A stretch of 64,000 nt of DNA from contig OZ257156.1 in assembly GCA_965279375.1 (NCBI GenBank), positions 4,096,001-4,160,000 of the forward strand, written 5' to 3'. Position 1 is the stretch's first letter, and the number at the start of each line of letters is the position of its first letter. The notes beneath the pieces are model-generated. The model was not told the origin of the DNA. It was given only the letters and a program-made list of their open reading frames with translations, and did not search any database. Of the stretch, positions 9,468 through 18,338 are shown piece by piece. Origin of the DNA: Gemmatimonas sp. (lineage in GTDB: Bacteria; Gemmatimonadota; Gemmatimonadetes; Gemmatimonadales; Gemmatimonadaceae). The position numbers and the translations under genes are program-made.

Positions 9468-10211
9468 CTAACGCCAGAGATGGCGGCCGCCATCGACCTG
9501 CAGCACGATGCCGGTCACGTAGGGCGCGTTGACGAGAAAGTGGATGGCGTGCGTGATGTCATCCGGCGTTCCGCTGCGTCCCATCGGCACATCGCGAAGG
9601 AAGCGCGCCATTGCCTCGTCGCTCAGATCATCGGGCGCGAGCACGAGTCCCGGCGCTACGGCGTTCACGCGCAATCGCGGCGCGACAGCTGCCGCGACGG
9701 TATGCACCAACTGCGTGAGCGCGGACTTGGAGACCTGATGCGGAATGAGCGCGGGCCAGATCGCTTCGAACGCGAGATGATCGGACAGTTGCACGATCAC
9801 GCCGCCATCGCGCATGACCGCGGCTGCGGCCTGCATCAGGAAGAACGGAGCGCGCAGATTCACGTCGATGGCCGCGCTCCACGTTGCATCCGTCACCGAT
9901 CCGAAGGCCTGTGGCGACATGACTGACGCGGAGCTCACGACGACATCCAGCGCGCCAAACACGCGCACCGCCTCATTCACCACGAACGACGCGGCTTCCG
10001 TCTGCGTGAGATCGGCCTGCACGACATGCACTAGCGCCCCCAGCGCACGCAACTCCTCCGCGAGCGACTCGGCATCGCGCGGCGAGTTGCCGTGATGCAC
10101 GACAACAGCATCGTTGGGAGAGGCAAAGCTGCGACTGATCGCCGCGCCCAGCCGACGAGCACCACCTGTGACGAGCGTTACCCGACGCTCCGCTGCTGCC
10201 ACGGCGCTCAC
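9468..10211 (-). CDS. SDR oxidoreductase, pteridine reductase (PTR1/FolM)-like
   Basis: LVTGGARRLG, VVVHH, VNLRAPF, RVNAVAPG, YVTG...VDGG. Confidence 0.88.
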   Translation of the reverse strand: MSAVAAAERRVTLVTGGARRLGAAISRSFASPNDAVVVHHGNSPRDAESLAEELRALGALVHVVQADLTQTEAASFVVNEAVRVFGALDVVVSSASVMSPQAFGSVTDATWSAAIDVNLRAPFFLMQAAAAVMRDGGVIVQLSDHLAFEAIWPALIPHQVSKSALTQLVHTVAAAVAPRLRVNAVAPGLVLAPDDLSDEAMARFLRDVPMGRSGTPDDITHAIHFLVNAPYVTGIVLQVDGGRHLWR

Positions 10212-10229
10212 GCTATGCGCCCGCGACGC

Positions 10230-11111
10230 TCACGACGCCGCAGCGGCGCGCGCGGCCACTTTCGCGTCCTGCCAGTCGAGCCAGGTCTTGGGCACCATCT
10301 GTCCGCCCAAACGACGTGGGCCTTCCTGCGTGCCGTGCCAGTCGGATCCACCGCTCGGCAGCAGGCCCGCCTTTTCGACGGTGTCCACTAAACGCTGCAC
10401 CAGATATGGCGGATGGCTAGGGTGCAGCACTTCGACGCCATCGAGCCCGACCTCCGAGAGGCGCGCGACGCGCGCCGGCGTCGCGAGCTCCCCCGGATGC
10501 GCCCACACAGCCAATCCACCCGCTCGGTGCACCATCGCGATACCATCGGCGACGTCGAACTTGGCCTTCGCCATGTACGCCGGCTTCCCCCACCCTAACC
10601 ATCGGTCGAAGGCGTCGCGAAAATCGCGCACCCAGCCACCGGCCACCATCGCGCGCGCGACATGCGGACGCCCGACGGCGCCATCCGCGGCCTCCGCCAA
10701 CACGGCCTCCATCGTCACCGGCACGCCGTATTTGTTGAGCACGGCCACGATCTTCTCGGCGCGCTCCACGCGGCCGTTCTGCAATGTCGCCAGCGCCTCG
10801 CGCATGGAGGCGTGGCCAGTTATGTGCAGACCCAGCAAATGCAGCTCTTCGTCGTCGAAATGCGTGCTCAGCTCCACGCCCGGCACGATGCGCACGCCGA
10901 GACGCGCGCCTGCGTCGAACGCTTCGTCGAGGCCGTCCACGGTATCGTGATCGGTGAGGGCGATGGCATGCAGCTTGGCGGCGTGTGCCGCTTCCACCAC
11001 GAGCGTCGGACTCAACGCGCCGTCGGATGCGGTGCTGTGCACTTGCAGATCGACAAACAATGGCGCAGGCGCCTCGTCAGCCGCGGCAGCCACCTGCGTC
11101 GGTTCACTCAC
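10230..11111 (-). CDS. PHP-domain phosphoesterase (TrpH/YciV-like)
   Basis: HSTASDG, LTDHD, GVELS, HLLG, GRPH, AHP, GGSDWHG. Confidence 0.92.
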   Translation of the reverse strand: MSEPTQVAAAADEAPAPLFVDLQVHSTASDGALSPTLVVEAAHAAKLHAIALTDHDTVDGLDEAFDAGARLGVRIVPGVELSTHFDDEELHLLGLHITGHASMREALATLQNGRVERAEKIVAVLNKYGVPVTMEAVLAEAADGAVGRPHVARAMVAGGWVRDFRDAFDRWLGWGKPAYMAKAKFDVADGIAMVHRAGGLAVWAHPGELATPARVARLSEVGLDGVEVLHPSHPPYLVQRLVDTVEKAGLLPSGGSDWHGTQEGPRRLGGQMVPKTWLDWQDAKVAARAAAAS

Positions 11112-11374
11112 GCGCGGTATCCCGCCTCGGGAGATCGCGCGCTGGGCTGCGACATGCTGAACAGCTCGCGCAGCTCCGCGTCTTCCAGCTCGGCCAGCGA
11201 TTGCTCACGCGAGCGCACGCCGGACGGCGAGTAGCGCGTGACGCGCACTTCCCGTTCGTCCGCGTGACCCGCCACAAAGATCAATCCGAATTCGTCACCG
11301 ACCGACTGCGTGAGAAATCCGGAGGGATACACCTGCCAGTCACGTCCTTCAATGCTCACCGTGCGTGCGGGCAT
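11108..11374 (-). CDS. small hypothetical protein
   Basis: 88 aa, GGAGG RBS, GTGA overlap with the PHP gene. Confidence 0.75.
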   Translation of the reverse strand: MPARTVSIEGRDWQVYPSGFLTQSVGDEFGLIFVAGHADEREVRVTRYSPSGVRSREQSLAELEDAELRELFSMSQPSARSPEAGYRA

Positions 11375-11620
11375 TCAGCCTCCTTGTACTTCGCGCCAGC
11401 GCTCGGCCGGCACATCGGAACCGTGCGCGGCGGCGATGCTCTCATCGCTCGCCGCTTCGGTGAATTCGACGAAGCGTCCCGCTTCGTTCGCGTGCTCGAA
11501 GACCCAGAAATGCGCGTGCACCGCTGCCGCCGCTTCACGCCGCGCCACGAGCGCCGCGAGGTATGCCTCGCGCTCCGTGGACTCGACGCGCCGCTCGGCC
11601 ATTGCGAGCACGCGCGGCAT
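11375..11620 (-). CDS. small hypothetical protein (possible dimeric alpha+beta barrel)
   Basis: 81 aa, TGATG coupling to E2 stop; beta-alpha-beta-beta-like pattern (inference). Confidence 0.7.
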   Translation of the reverse strand: MPRVLAMAERRVESTEREAYLAALVARREAAAAVHAHFWVFEHANEAGRFVEFTEAASDESIAAAHGSDVPAERWREVQGG

Positions 11621-12936
11621 CAGAATCCGCCGTCGGGAATCGACTCGAGCGTCTTCTTGAGATCGGCCATGAAGCGATCGGCGTCCGCGCCGTCCACGAC
11701 ACGGTGATCGAACGACAGCGAGAAGTAGGCGCAGGTGCGGATCGCGATGGTGTCTTCGCCATCGGGGCCGGTGATCACCTTGGCGCGCTTCTCGATGGCG
11801 CCGAGGCCGAGGATGGCCGTGGTGCCAACGGGGATGATCGGCGTGCCAAACAGCGAGCCGAACACACCGGGATTGGTGATGGTGAACGTTGCATCCTGCA
11901 CGTCCGTCGGGCTCAGCTTCTTGCTGCGTGCACGGGCCGCGAGATCGTTGACCGTCTTGGTGATGCCAGCGAGCGAGAGATCATCTGCACGCTTCACGAC
12001 CGGCACGATCAGTCCCGTGGGCTCGAGGGCGACAGCGATGCCCAAGTTGATCGCCTTGCGGTAGATGATGTCCGTACCCGCCACCGAGGCGTTGAGCACC
12101 GGATGACGCTTGAGCTGCTGCGTCACGCCCTGCAGGATGAACGGCAGGTACGTGAGCTTCTGCCCCGTCTGGGCTTCAAAATCCTTGCGCATCGATGCGC
12201 GAATGCGCGCAATGCGTGTGAGGTCGATCTCGAAGAACGACGTGACGTGCGCGGCCGTCTGCACGGCCAGCGTCATGTGATCCGACGTGAGGCGACGGAT
12301 CTTGGACATCGGTTCGACCGTGTCGCCGGCCCAGGGTGTCGGCATCGGACCATGGGCAGCCACACCAGCCGGTGCATGCATCGACGGTGCGACGCGCGCA
12401 GGCGCGGCCGGCGCACTCGATTGCTTCTCGAGGAACGCTTCCAGATCCTTGCGCGTGACCCGCCCCGCGATCCCCGACCCTTCGAGAGCCGCGATCTCGA
12501 CGCCATGCTCGGCGGCCAGTTTGCGTACCAGCGGCGACGACTTCGTGCGCACGCGCTCTTCAAAGGAACCCGGCGATGCCGCAGGAGCAGCGGGCGCTGC
12601 GGAGGCCGCGATGGGCGCGCTCGCTGCGGGCACCGTGACCGTCGCAGCAGCCGGAGCCGGCGTTGGAGCCACAGGGGCCGCAGCAGCCGCCGCCGCGTCT
12701 GTTTCGAGGCGTGCCACGATGGTCTGCACCGCCACGGTCGCACCTTCACCCACGAGAATCTCGACGAGAATACCCGCCGACGGCGACGGGATTTCTGCGT
12801 CCACCTTGTCGGTCGAGATTTCGAAGATCGGTTCGTCGCGCTTGACCGCGTCGCCGACCTTCTTGAGCCAGCGGGATACCGTTCCTTCCGCGATGGACTC
12901 GCCCATCTGCGGCATGATCACGTCTACACGAGCCAC
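11620..12936 (-). CDS. 2-oxoacid dehydrogenase E2, dihydrolipoamide acyltransferase
   Basis: Lipoyl domain STDKVD, Ala/Pro linker, E3-binding SPLVRKLA..GSG..GRVTRKD, catalytic DHRVVDG. Confidence 0.95.
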   Translation of the reverse strand: MARVDVIMPQMGESIAEGTVSRWLKKVGDAVKRDEPIFEISTDKVDAEIPSPSAGILVEILVGEGATVAVQTIVARLETDAAAAAAAPVAPTPAPAAATVTVPAASAPIAASAAPAAPAASPGSFEERVRTKSSPLVRKLAAEHGVEIAALEGSGIAGRVTRKDLEAFLEKQSSAPAAPARVAPSMHAPAGVAAHGPMPTPWAGDTVEPMSKIRRLTSDHMTLAVQTAAHVTSFFEIDLTRIARIRASMRKDFEAQTGQKLTYLPFILQGVTQQLKRHPVLNASVAGTDIIYRKAINLGIAVALEPTGLIVPVVKRADDLSLAGITKTVNDLAARARSKKLSPTDVQDATFTITNPGVFGSLFGTPIIPVGTTAILGLGAIEKRAKVITGPDGEDTIAIRTCAYFSLSFDHRVVDGADADRFMADLKKTLESIPDGGF

Positions 12937-12940
12937 TCGC

Positions 12941-13246
12941 TCATCCTCGATTCGAAGGGCTGCCGGCGGCGCGATCCGCAGTACGGTCCGCGCGGCGCAG
13001 TCGCCAAAGTGCCAGGGTTGGAAGGGTCAGGGCGCCGATGAGCGCACCCCAGCCGGCGAACACTTGCCAGTCGCACGCCGGCAACCCGGCGAGTGGCTCG
13101 CATCGCGAAAAGAATCCTACTGCCTTGCCGAGAAAGACGCCCGACATGGACCCACTGGCGCCACCGATGAAGAAGGTGAAGCACCCAACGCCGATGTTGC
13201 GCCCCGTCCGATCGTCCGGAAGCGGAGTGTTCTGCGGTTCAGCCAT
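12941..13246 (-). CDS. small hypothetical membrane protein (two TM segments)
   Basis: Two Gly-rich hydrophobic segments around a C-x7-C loop; sits between E1b and E2. Confidence 0.7.
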   Translation of the reverse strand: MAEPQNTPLPDDRTGRNIGVGCFTFFIGGASGSMSGVFLGKAVGFFSRCEPLAGLPACDWQVFAGWGALIGALTLPTLALWRLRRADRTADRAAGSPSNRG

Positions 13247-13260
13247 GGTTCAGAACGCCT

Positions 13261-14253
13261 TCAATACGCCGCGAGACGTCGGACGGCTCGTACCACGTCA
13301 GCCGTTTGCGGCAATACGTAGTCCTCGAGCGCAGGCGCATACGGCAAAGGAATATCAGCAGCCGTCACGCGCAGTACGGGCGCGTCCAGCCATTCAAAGC
13401 AGGTTTCCGACACGCGCGCCGTGATCTCACCGGCGATGCCACCGGTGCGCGTGTCTTCGTGCAGGACCAGCAGGCGATTCGTCTTCCGCACCGTGCGGTA
13501 GATCGCCTCTTCGTCCATTGGTGCGATCGTGCGCAGGTCCAGCACTTCGCACGAAATGCCGTGCTCGCTCGCGAGAATCTCCGCCGCTTCGAGAGCCTTC
13601 CACGTCGCGGCCGCATACGTCACGATCGACACATCGGTGCCCTCACGTGCGATGCGCGCCTGCCCGATGGGCACGACGTGATCGCCCGCCGGCATGACGT
13701 CCTTCACGCGCCGATACAGATACTTGTGCTCGAAGAACAGCACGCAGTCGTCGTCGCGAATAGCGGCCTTCATCAGGCCCTTGGCATCCGCCGCGGTGGA
13801 CGGATACACGATCTTGAGCCCGGGCGTATGCAGGAAGCCCGCTTCCGGATTCTGCGAGTGGAACGGACCGCCGCGCACATAGCCGCCACTCGGCCCGCGC
13901 ACCACCATCGGGCACGGCAAGAATGCGCGATAACGCGCCGTTGCCACGTAGTTGGTGAGCATGTCGTAGGCGTTCGCGATGAAGTCGATGAACTGCATCT
14001 CCACCACGGGACGCATTCCCATATGGGCCGCGCCAGCCGCCGCACCCACAATCGCGATTTCCGAGATGGGCGAATCGATCACGCGCTGCTCGCCGAACTT
14101 GGCCAGCAATCCTTCGGTGACCTTGAACGCACCACCGAACGCGCCGATGTCTTCGCCAAGACAGAACACATTCGGGTCGCGCGCCATCTCTTCGAACAAC
14201 GCTTCGCGGATCGCTTCGAGATACGTGATCTCGGTGCCTGTCGTGGCAGCCAT
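13261..14253 (-). CDS. 2-oxoacid dehydrogenase E1 beta subunit
   Basis: EAIREAL, GEDIG..GG.FKVT.GL, DSPISE, EMQFIDF, HSQ, FFEHK, DLRT. Confidence 0.95.
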   Translation of the reverse strand: MAATTGTEITYLEAIREALFEEMARDPNVFCLGEDIGAFGGAFKVTEGLLAKFGEQRVIDSPISEIAIVGAAAGAAHMGMRPVVEMQFIDFIANAYDMLTNYVATARYRAFLPCPMVVRGPSGGYVRGGPFHSQNPEAGFLHTPGLKIVYPSTAADAKGLMKAAIRDDDCVLFFEHKYLYRRVKDVMPAGDHVVPIGQARIAREGTDVSIVTYAAATWKALEAAEILASEHGISCEVLDLRTIAPMDEEAIYRTVRKTNRLLVLHEDTRTGGIAGEITARVSETCFEWLDAPVLRVTAADIPLPYAPALEDYVLPQTADVVRAVRRLAAY

Positions 14254-15386
14254 CAGCGCGATCCTCCACCAGCGTTCCAGGTGCCCCACCCTTCGGGGCG
14301 TTCGGTTCCGTACGCGTCATCCGTCGCATCGCGGCGGAACCAGAGCGGCTGTTCGGCCGGTGGGTCGGCGTACACACCAATCAGCGCATCGAGCGCCTGC
14401 GGCGTTCCCGACGCGTCGGCGATGTCGGTCGCTTCATCGATCTCGCGCAGCACGCGCGCGTCGATTGCGGCGATCTCGTCGTCCGTGGCGTTGAGCTCCG
14501 TGCGCAGCACCTTGAGATAGCGATCCAGCGGATCGTTCTCCGCCGCCCACTTCTCGATCTCGCCCGCCGGAACGTACGACTGATTGTCGTGCTCGGCGTG
14601 CCCTTTGCGACGATACGTCATCAGCTCGACGAGCGTGACGCCTTCACCGCGACGCGCGCGGTCGACCGCTTCCTTGGTCACGTCGTACACGGCCAGCACG
14701 TCGTTGCCATCGGCCTGCAGTCCGTGCACGCCGTACCCGATCGCCTTGTCGACGAACTGTTTGGCTGCGGTCTGCTTGTGCGTGGGTGTGGAGTAGGCGT
14801 AGCCGTTGTTCTCGACGATCACCACCAACGGGCAGCGTTGCACCGCAGCGAAGTTGATCCCTTCGTGAAAGGCGCCGGTGCTCGTCGCACCATCGCCGAT
14901 GTACACGAGGCCCACGCGATCTTCGCCGCGCATCTTGAACGAGAGCGTGACGCCGGCCATCACCGGCACCATGTCGCCGAGTGGCGAGATCTGCCCGAGG
15001 AATCCACGCGTGGTGCCGGCCGCGCCGATGTCACCGAAGTGGATGTTGAGCTCGCGACCGCGCGTGGGCGAATCGCCCTTGGCCATGTACTGCTTCAGCA
15101 CTTCGACGGGCGTCGCACCCTTCACGAGCATCGCGCCAAGATTGCGAATCAGCGGCGACATGACATCGCGCTGCTCGAGCGCGAAGCAGCTTCCGACCGC
15201 ATCGGCTTCCTGGCCGAGCGAACGAAACAGGCCGCCGACGACCTTGGTCTGTCGATAGAGATTGACGAGCCGTTCTTCGAGCTGACGCGTCAGGCGCATC
15301 CAGTAGTACAGTGCCAACTTCTGCTCGCGCGAAAGCGCGTCACTCGGTCGGCGCGACGCGGTGCGTCCGGCACGCGCCTTGGCCAT
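14253..15386 (-). CDS. 2-oxoacid dehydrogenase E1 alpha subunit (TPP-dependent)
   Basis: GQEA, GDGATSTG.FHEG.NFA...ENN TPP motif, TYRRKGH. Confidence 0.95.
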   Translation of the reverse strand: MAKARAGRTASRRPSDALSREQKLALYYWMRLTRQLEERLVNLYRQTKVVGGLFRSLGQEADAVGSCFALEQRDVMSPLIRNLGAMLVKGATPVEVLKQYMAKGDSPTRGRELNIHFGDIGAAGTTRGFLGQISPLGDMVPVMAGVTLSFKMRGEDRVGLVYIGDGATSTGAFHEGINFAAVQRCPLVVIVENNGYAYSTPTHKQTAAKQFVDKAIGYGVHGLQADGNDVLAVYDVTKEAVDRARRGEGVTLVELMTYRRKGHAEHDNQSYVPAGEIEKWAAENDPLDRYLKVLRTELNATDDEIAAIDARVLREIDEATDIADASGTPQALDALIGVYADPPAEQPLWFRRDATDDAYGTERPEGWGTWNAGGGSR

Positions 15387-15679
15387 CAGTAGCCGGCCTC
15401 GATGCGGTGACGCGGATCGGCGGTGCGATGCAGCGCGTTGAAGAACTTCTTCACGTTCTTGTCGAGACGACTCTCGCCAACCTGGTCGGTGTGCGCTTCG
15501 ACGACGGTGTAGTGACCACCGTCCATCTTCACTGTGAGCTTCATCGCGCCGAGCGGGCCGGTGAAGGCTCGCGCACGCGCGTCGCCGCTCTGCTTGGCGA
15601 GTCCCAGTGGCGTGAAGAACTGATCGGCCGTTGCCAGCACGACGTCAGGGGTGAGCGTGGTGCGGTGAAAGTGTCGCAA
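15386..15679 (-). CDS. small hypothetical protein
   Basis: 97 aa, TTG start, TGATG coupling to E1 alpha. Confidence 0.72.
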   Translation of the reverse strand: MRHFHRTTLTPDVVLATADQFFTPLGLAKQSGDARARAFTGPLGAMKLTVKMDGGHYTVVEAHTDQVGESRLDKNVKKFFNALHRTADPRHRIEAGY

Positions 15680-15681
15680 CC

Positions 15682-16260
15682 TCAGGGCTCCTTCTTGGGG
15701 GCCGGTGCTGGCTTCGCGGCCGGGGGCGCGCCCTTGTCGGGCACGACGGTCTCGCGCTGATCCTGCGGCGCACGCGACGACTGCGGGGTGGTGAAATCAC
15801 CCGGCTCGTCGGCGACCATGATGTCCTGCGTCCAGTCTTCCGTGCGCTGCAACGCTTTGGTCGAATCGCGTCGGAACTGCAGGCCCATCGCCCACATGCC
15901 CGCGGTGACGAACATGAGATTCGTGCGGTAGGTGCCGAGCTCTCCGGTTTCGGAGAGCCCGTTCGCTACGGTCTTGCGATCGCGGTTGGTGGCGAAGATC
16001 CGCCCCTGTCCGCCCTGAATTGGCGCGCCGGTCTTGATGTCGTTCACGACGACGCGCCAGTGCGTCGGTTCCAGCGCGCGCGTGGGTCGCTGTTCGGGGG
16101 CGACCCGAATCACGAACTCGTCCGTCTTGAATCGCAACTCGTTCTTGGGCGGCGTACCGGCATCGCAGCCCGTCAGCGAAACGCCGACGACTGCGACCAT
16201 CATCATCCCACGAAGCGAAGCAACGAAACCGCGAACCCCACGCGCACGCTGTTCGGTCAT
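15682..16260 (-). CDS. hypothetical lipoprotein (Ig-like/YtkA-like by pattern)
   Basis: LTGC lipobox; G.Y...L.F...G.W pattern; Pro-rich tail; ATGA overlap with the inositol synthase stop. Confidence 0.75.
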   Translation of the reverse strand: MTEQRARGVRGFVASLRGMMMVAVVGVSLTGCDAGTPPKNELRFKTDEFVIRVAPEQRPTRALEPTHWRVVVNDIKTGAPIQGGQGRIFATNRDRKTVANGLSETGELGTYRTNLMFVTAGMWAMGLQFRRDSTKALQRTEDWTQDIMVADEPGDFTTPQSSRAPQDQRETVVPDKGAPPAAKPAPAPKKEP

Positions 16261-17585
16261 TGATAGTACTCGAGTCCGAGGTGGGTGATCTGCTCCTCAC
16301 CCATCCGGTGCCGGAGCGTGTTCTTCAGCTTGGTCTGCTGAATGAAAAGATCATGCTCAGGCTGGAGCCCCGCAGCAGTCTGCGGCGACTTGTAATAGAA
16401 GCTTAACCATTCCTGAATCCCCTTCATCCCGGCACGCATCGCGAAGTCGCTGAACAGCGCGAGGTCGAGGACGATCGGTGCAGCAAGAATGGAATCGCGG
16501 CAGAGGAAGTTGACCTTGATCTGCATCGGATAGCCGAGCCATCCCTTGATGTCGATGTTGTCCCAGCCTTCCTTGTTGTCGCCGCGCGGGGGGTAGTAGT
16601 TGATGCGCACGACGTGCGAGAAATCCTTGTACAACTCCGGATAGAGCTCCGGCTGCAGGATCGTGTGCAGCACCGACAGCTTCGACTCTTCCTTCGTCTT
16701 GAACGACGCCGGATCGTCGAGCACTTCGCCGTCGCGATTGCCGAGGATGTTCGTGGAGTACCAGCCTTCGAGGCCGAGCATGCGCGCCTTGAGCCCCGGC
16801 GCGATGATCGTCTTCATCCACGTCTGGCCGGTCTTGAAATCCTTGCCCGAGATGGGCACGCCCTTCCGGTTGGCGAGCTCGATGAGCGCCGGGAAGTCGG
16901 CCGAGAGGTTGGGCGCACCGTTGCAGTACGGGATGCCTTCCATAATCGCGGCATACGCGTACAACATGCTGGGCGCGATCGCCGGATCGTTCGCTTCCAT
17001 CGCCGCTTCAAACGCTTCGATCGTCTGATGCTGCGGGCCGGCGACGATGAAGATTTCCGTCGAGCCGCACCACACCATCGCGCCGCGCGTTGCGCCACTC
17101 GAGGCCATGAAGTTGCGGATGTCGGCGCGCAGCTGCTCGGCGAGATCGCGCTTGTTCTTGCCCGTCTTGACGTTCGTGCCGTTGATGCGCGTGACGTAGT
17201 GGTTCTCGAAGACGGCCGGCATCGGCTTGATCGTCTTGAGGAAATCCGCGATCGGATCGATGTCCGACTTCTCGAGCACGCCGGCCTTGGTGGCCGCAGT
17301 GAACGCGTCGTCATGGAACGGGTCCCACGCCGCGAAGACGATGTCGTCCAGCTTGGCCAGCGGCACGAAGTCCTTGATGAGCGGGCTCCGCGACTCGGTA
17401 CGCTTGCCGAGGCGGATCGTGGCCATCTGCGTCAGCGAGCCGATGGGCGTGGACAGGCCGCGACGGACGCGCTCGACACCGGCGATGAGCGTCGTGGAGA
17501 CCGCGCCCAGTCCGGGGGTGAAGATGGCCAGCTTGCCCGAGGCCGGGGCAATGGACGCGGCGCCGCCGCGAGACGTATCGGTCAC
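16257..17585 (-). CDS. ino1: inositol-3-phosphate (L-myo-inositol-1-phosphate) synthase
   Basis: GLGAVST, WCGSTE, NGAP, GKDFKTGQT, NILGNRDG, GDNK, CRDSILAAP. Confidence 0.94.
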   Translation of the reverse strand: MTDTSRGGAASIAPASGKLAIFTPGLGAVSTTLIAGVERVRRGLSTPIGSLTQMATIRLGKRTESRSPLIKDFVPLAKLDDIVFAAWDPFHDDAFTAATKAGVLEKSDIDPIADFLKTIKPMPAVFENHYVTRINGTNVKTGKNKRDLAEQLRADIRNFMASSGATRGAMVWCGSTEIFIVAGPQHQTIEAFEAAMEANDPAIAPSMLYAYAAIMEGIPYCNGAPNLSADFPALIELANRKGVPISGKDFKTGQTWMKTIIAPGLKARMLGLEGWYSTNILGNRDGEVLDDPASFKTKEESKLSVLHTILQPELYPELYKDFSHVVRINYYPPRGDNKEGWDNIDIKGWLGYPMQIKVNFLCRDSILAAPIVLDLALFSDFAMRAGMKGIQEWLSFYYKSPQTAAGLQPEHDLFIQQTKLKNTLRHRMGEEQITHLGLEYYQ

Positions 17586-18211
17586 TGAGTCGGTTCTCCC
17601 TGAGAGGTCGTACGATAGACGTAAAGCATGCGCTGCACCGCCGTGATCCATGCGGTCACGGAGAGTAGCGTCACGATGAAAGCCAGCACCCAACCATTCA
17701 ACGCCAAGCCGAAGAACGCTTGCGGCGCCGACAGCAGCGTCACACGCTCCGGCCGCTGGAGCAACCCGACTTTGGCGTCCAGCCCAAGGCTTTCGGCGCG
17801 CGCGCGGGTGTACGAGGTAAGAAACGTGCCGATGAGCCCGGCGAGCGTGATCACCAGCAGCACGGGATTGGCGTGCACCGGATTGATCGCGTAGAACACG
17901 ACGAGGCCTCCCAACACACATCCGTCGGCGACGCGATCGAGCGTGGAGTCGTAGAAGGCGCCGAAGACGCTGCTGCGTCCCGTGCGCCGCGCGACAGTCC
18001 CGTCGAGTACATCGAACAGCGCCGTCAGCCCGAAGAACCAGCCAGCCGTACGGATGTGTCCGCTCGCGAAAATCCCCCCCGCGATCACGGTACACAGGGT
18101 GCCGATGGTCGTGATGGTATTGGGATGAACCCGACGGCGCACGAGCCAGTCGGCAATGGGCTCGATGAGCCGCAGATAGCCGCGCTGGATCGCGCTCCAC
18201 AAAGCTTGCAT
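17582..18211 (-). CDS. CDP-alcohol phosphatidyltransferase, phosphatidylinositol-phosphate synthase-like
   Basis: HPNTIT, DVLDGTVAR-x8-G-x3-D-x3-D, SYTRARAESLG, RPER. Confidence 0.9.
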   Translation of the reverse strand: MQALWSAIQRGYLRLIEPIADWLVRRRVHPNTITTIGTLCTVIAGGIFASGHIRTAGWFFGLTALFDVLDGTVARRTGRSSVFGAFYDSTLDRVADGCVLGGLVVFYAINPVHANPVLLVITLAGLIGTFLTSYTRARAESLGLDAKVGLLQRPERVTLLSAPQAFFGLALNGWVLAFIVTLLSVTAWITAVQRMLYVYRTTSQGEPTQ

Positions 18212-18338
18212 CTAGAGACGCTGGAAAGTTGGGACCGGAAGCGCGCCACGGCGCGCATGAGGCCGCCGAGGCGAACGGCCGGACGCACTGTCCAACCGCG
18301 GGAAGGGGTAGCCCTATAAAGCTAGGACCGGCCGCCCC

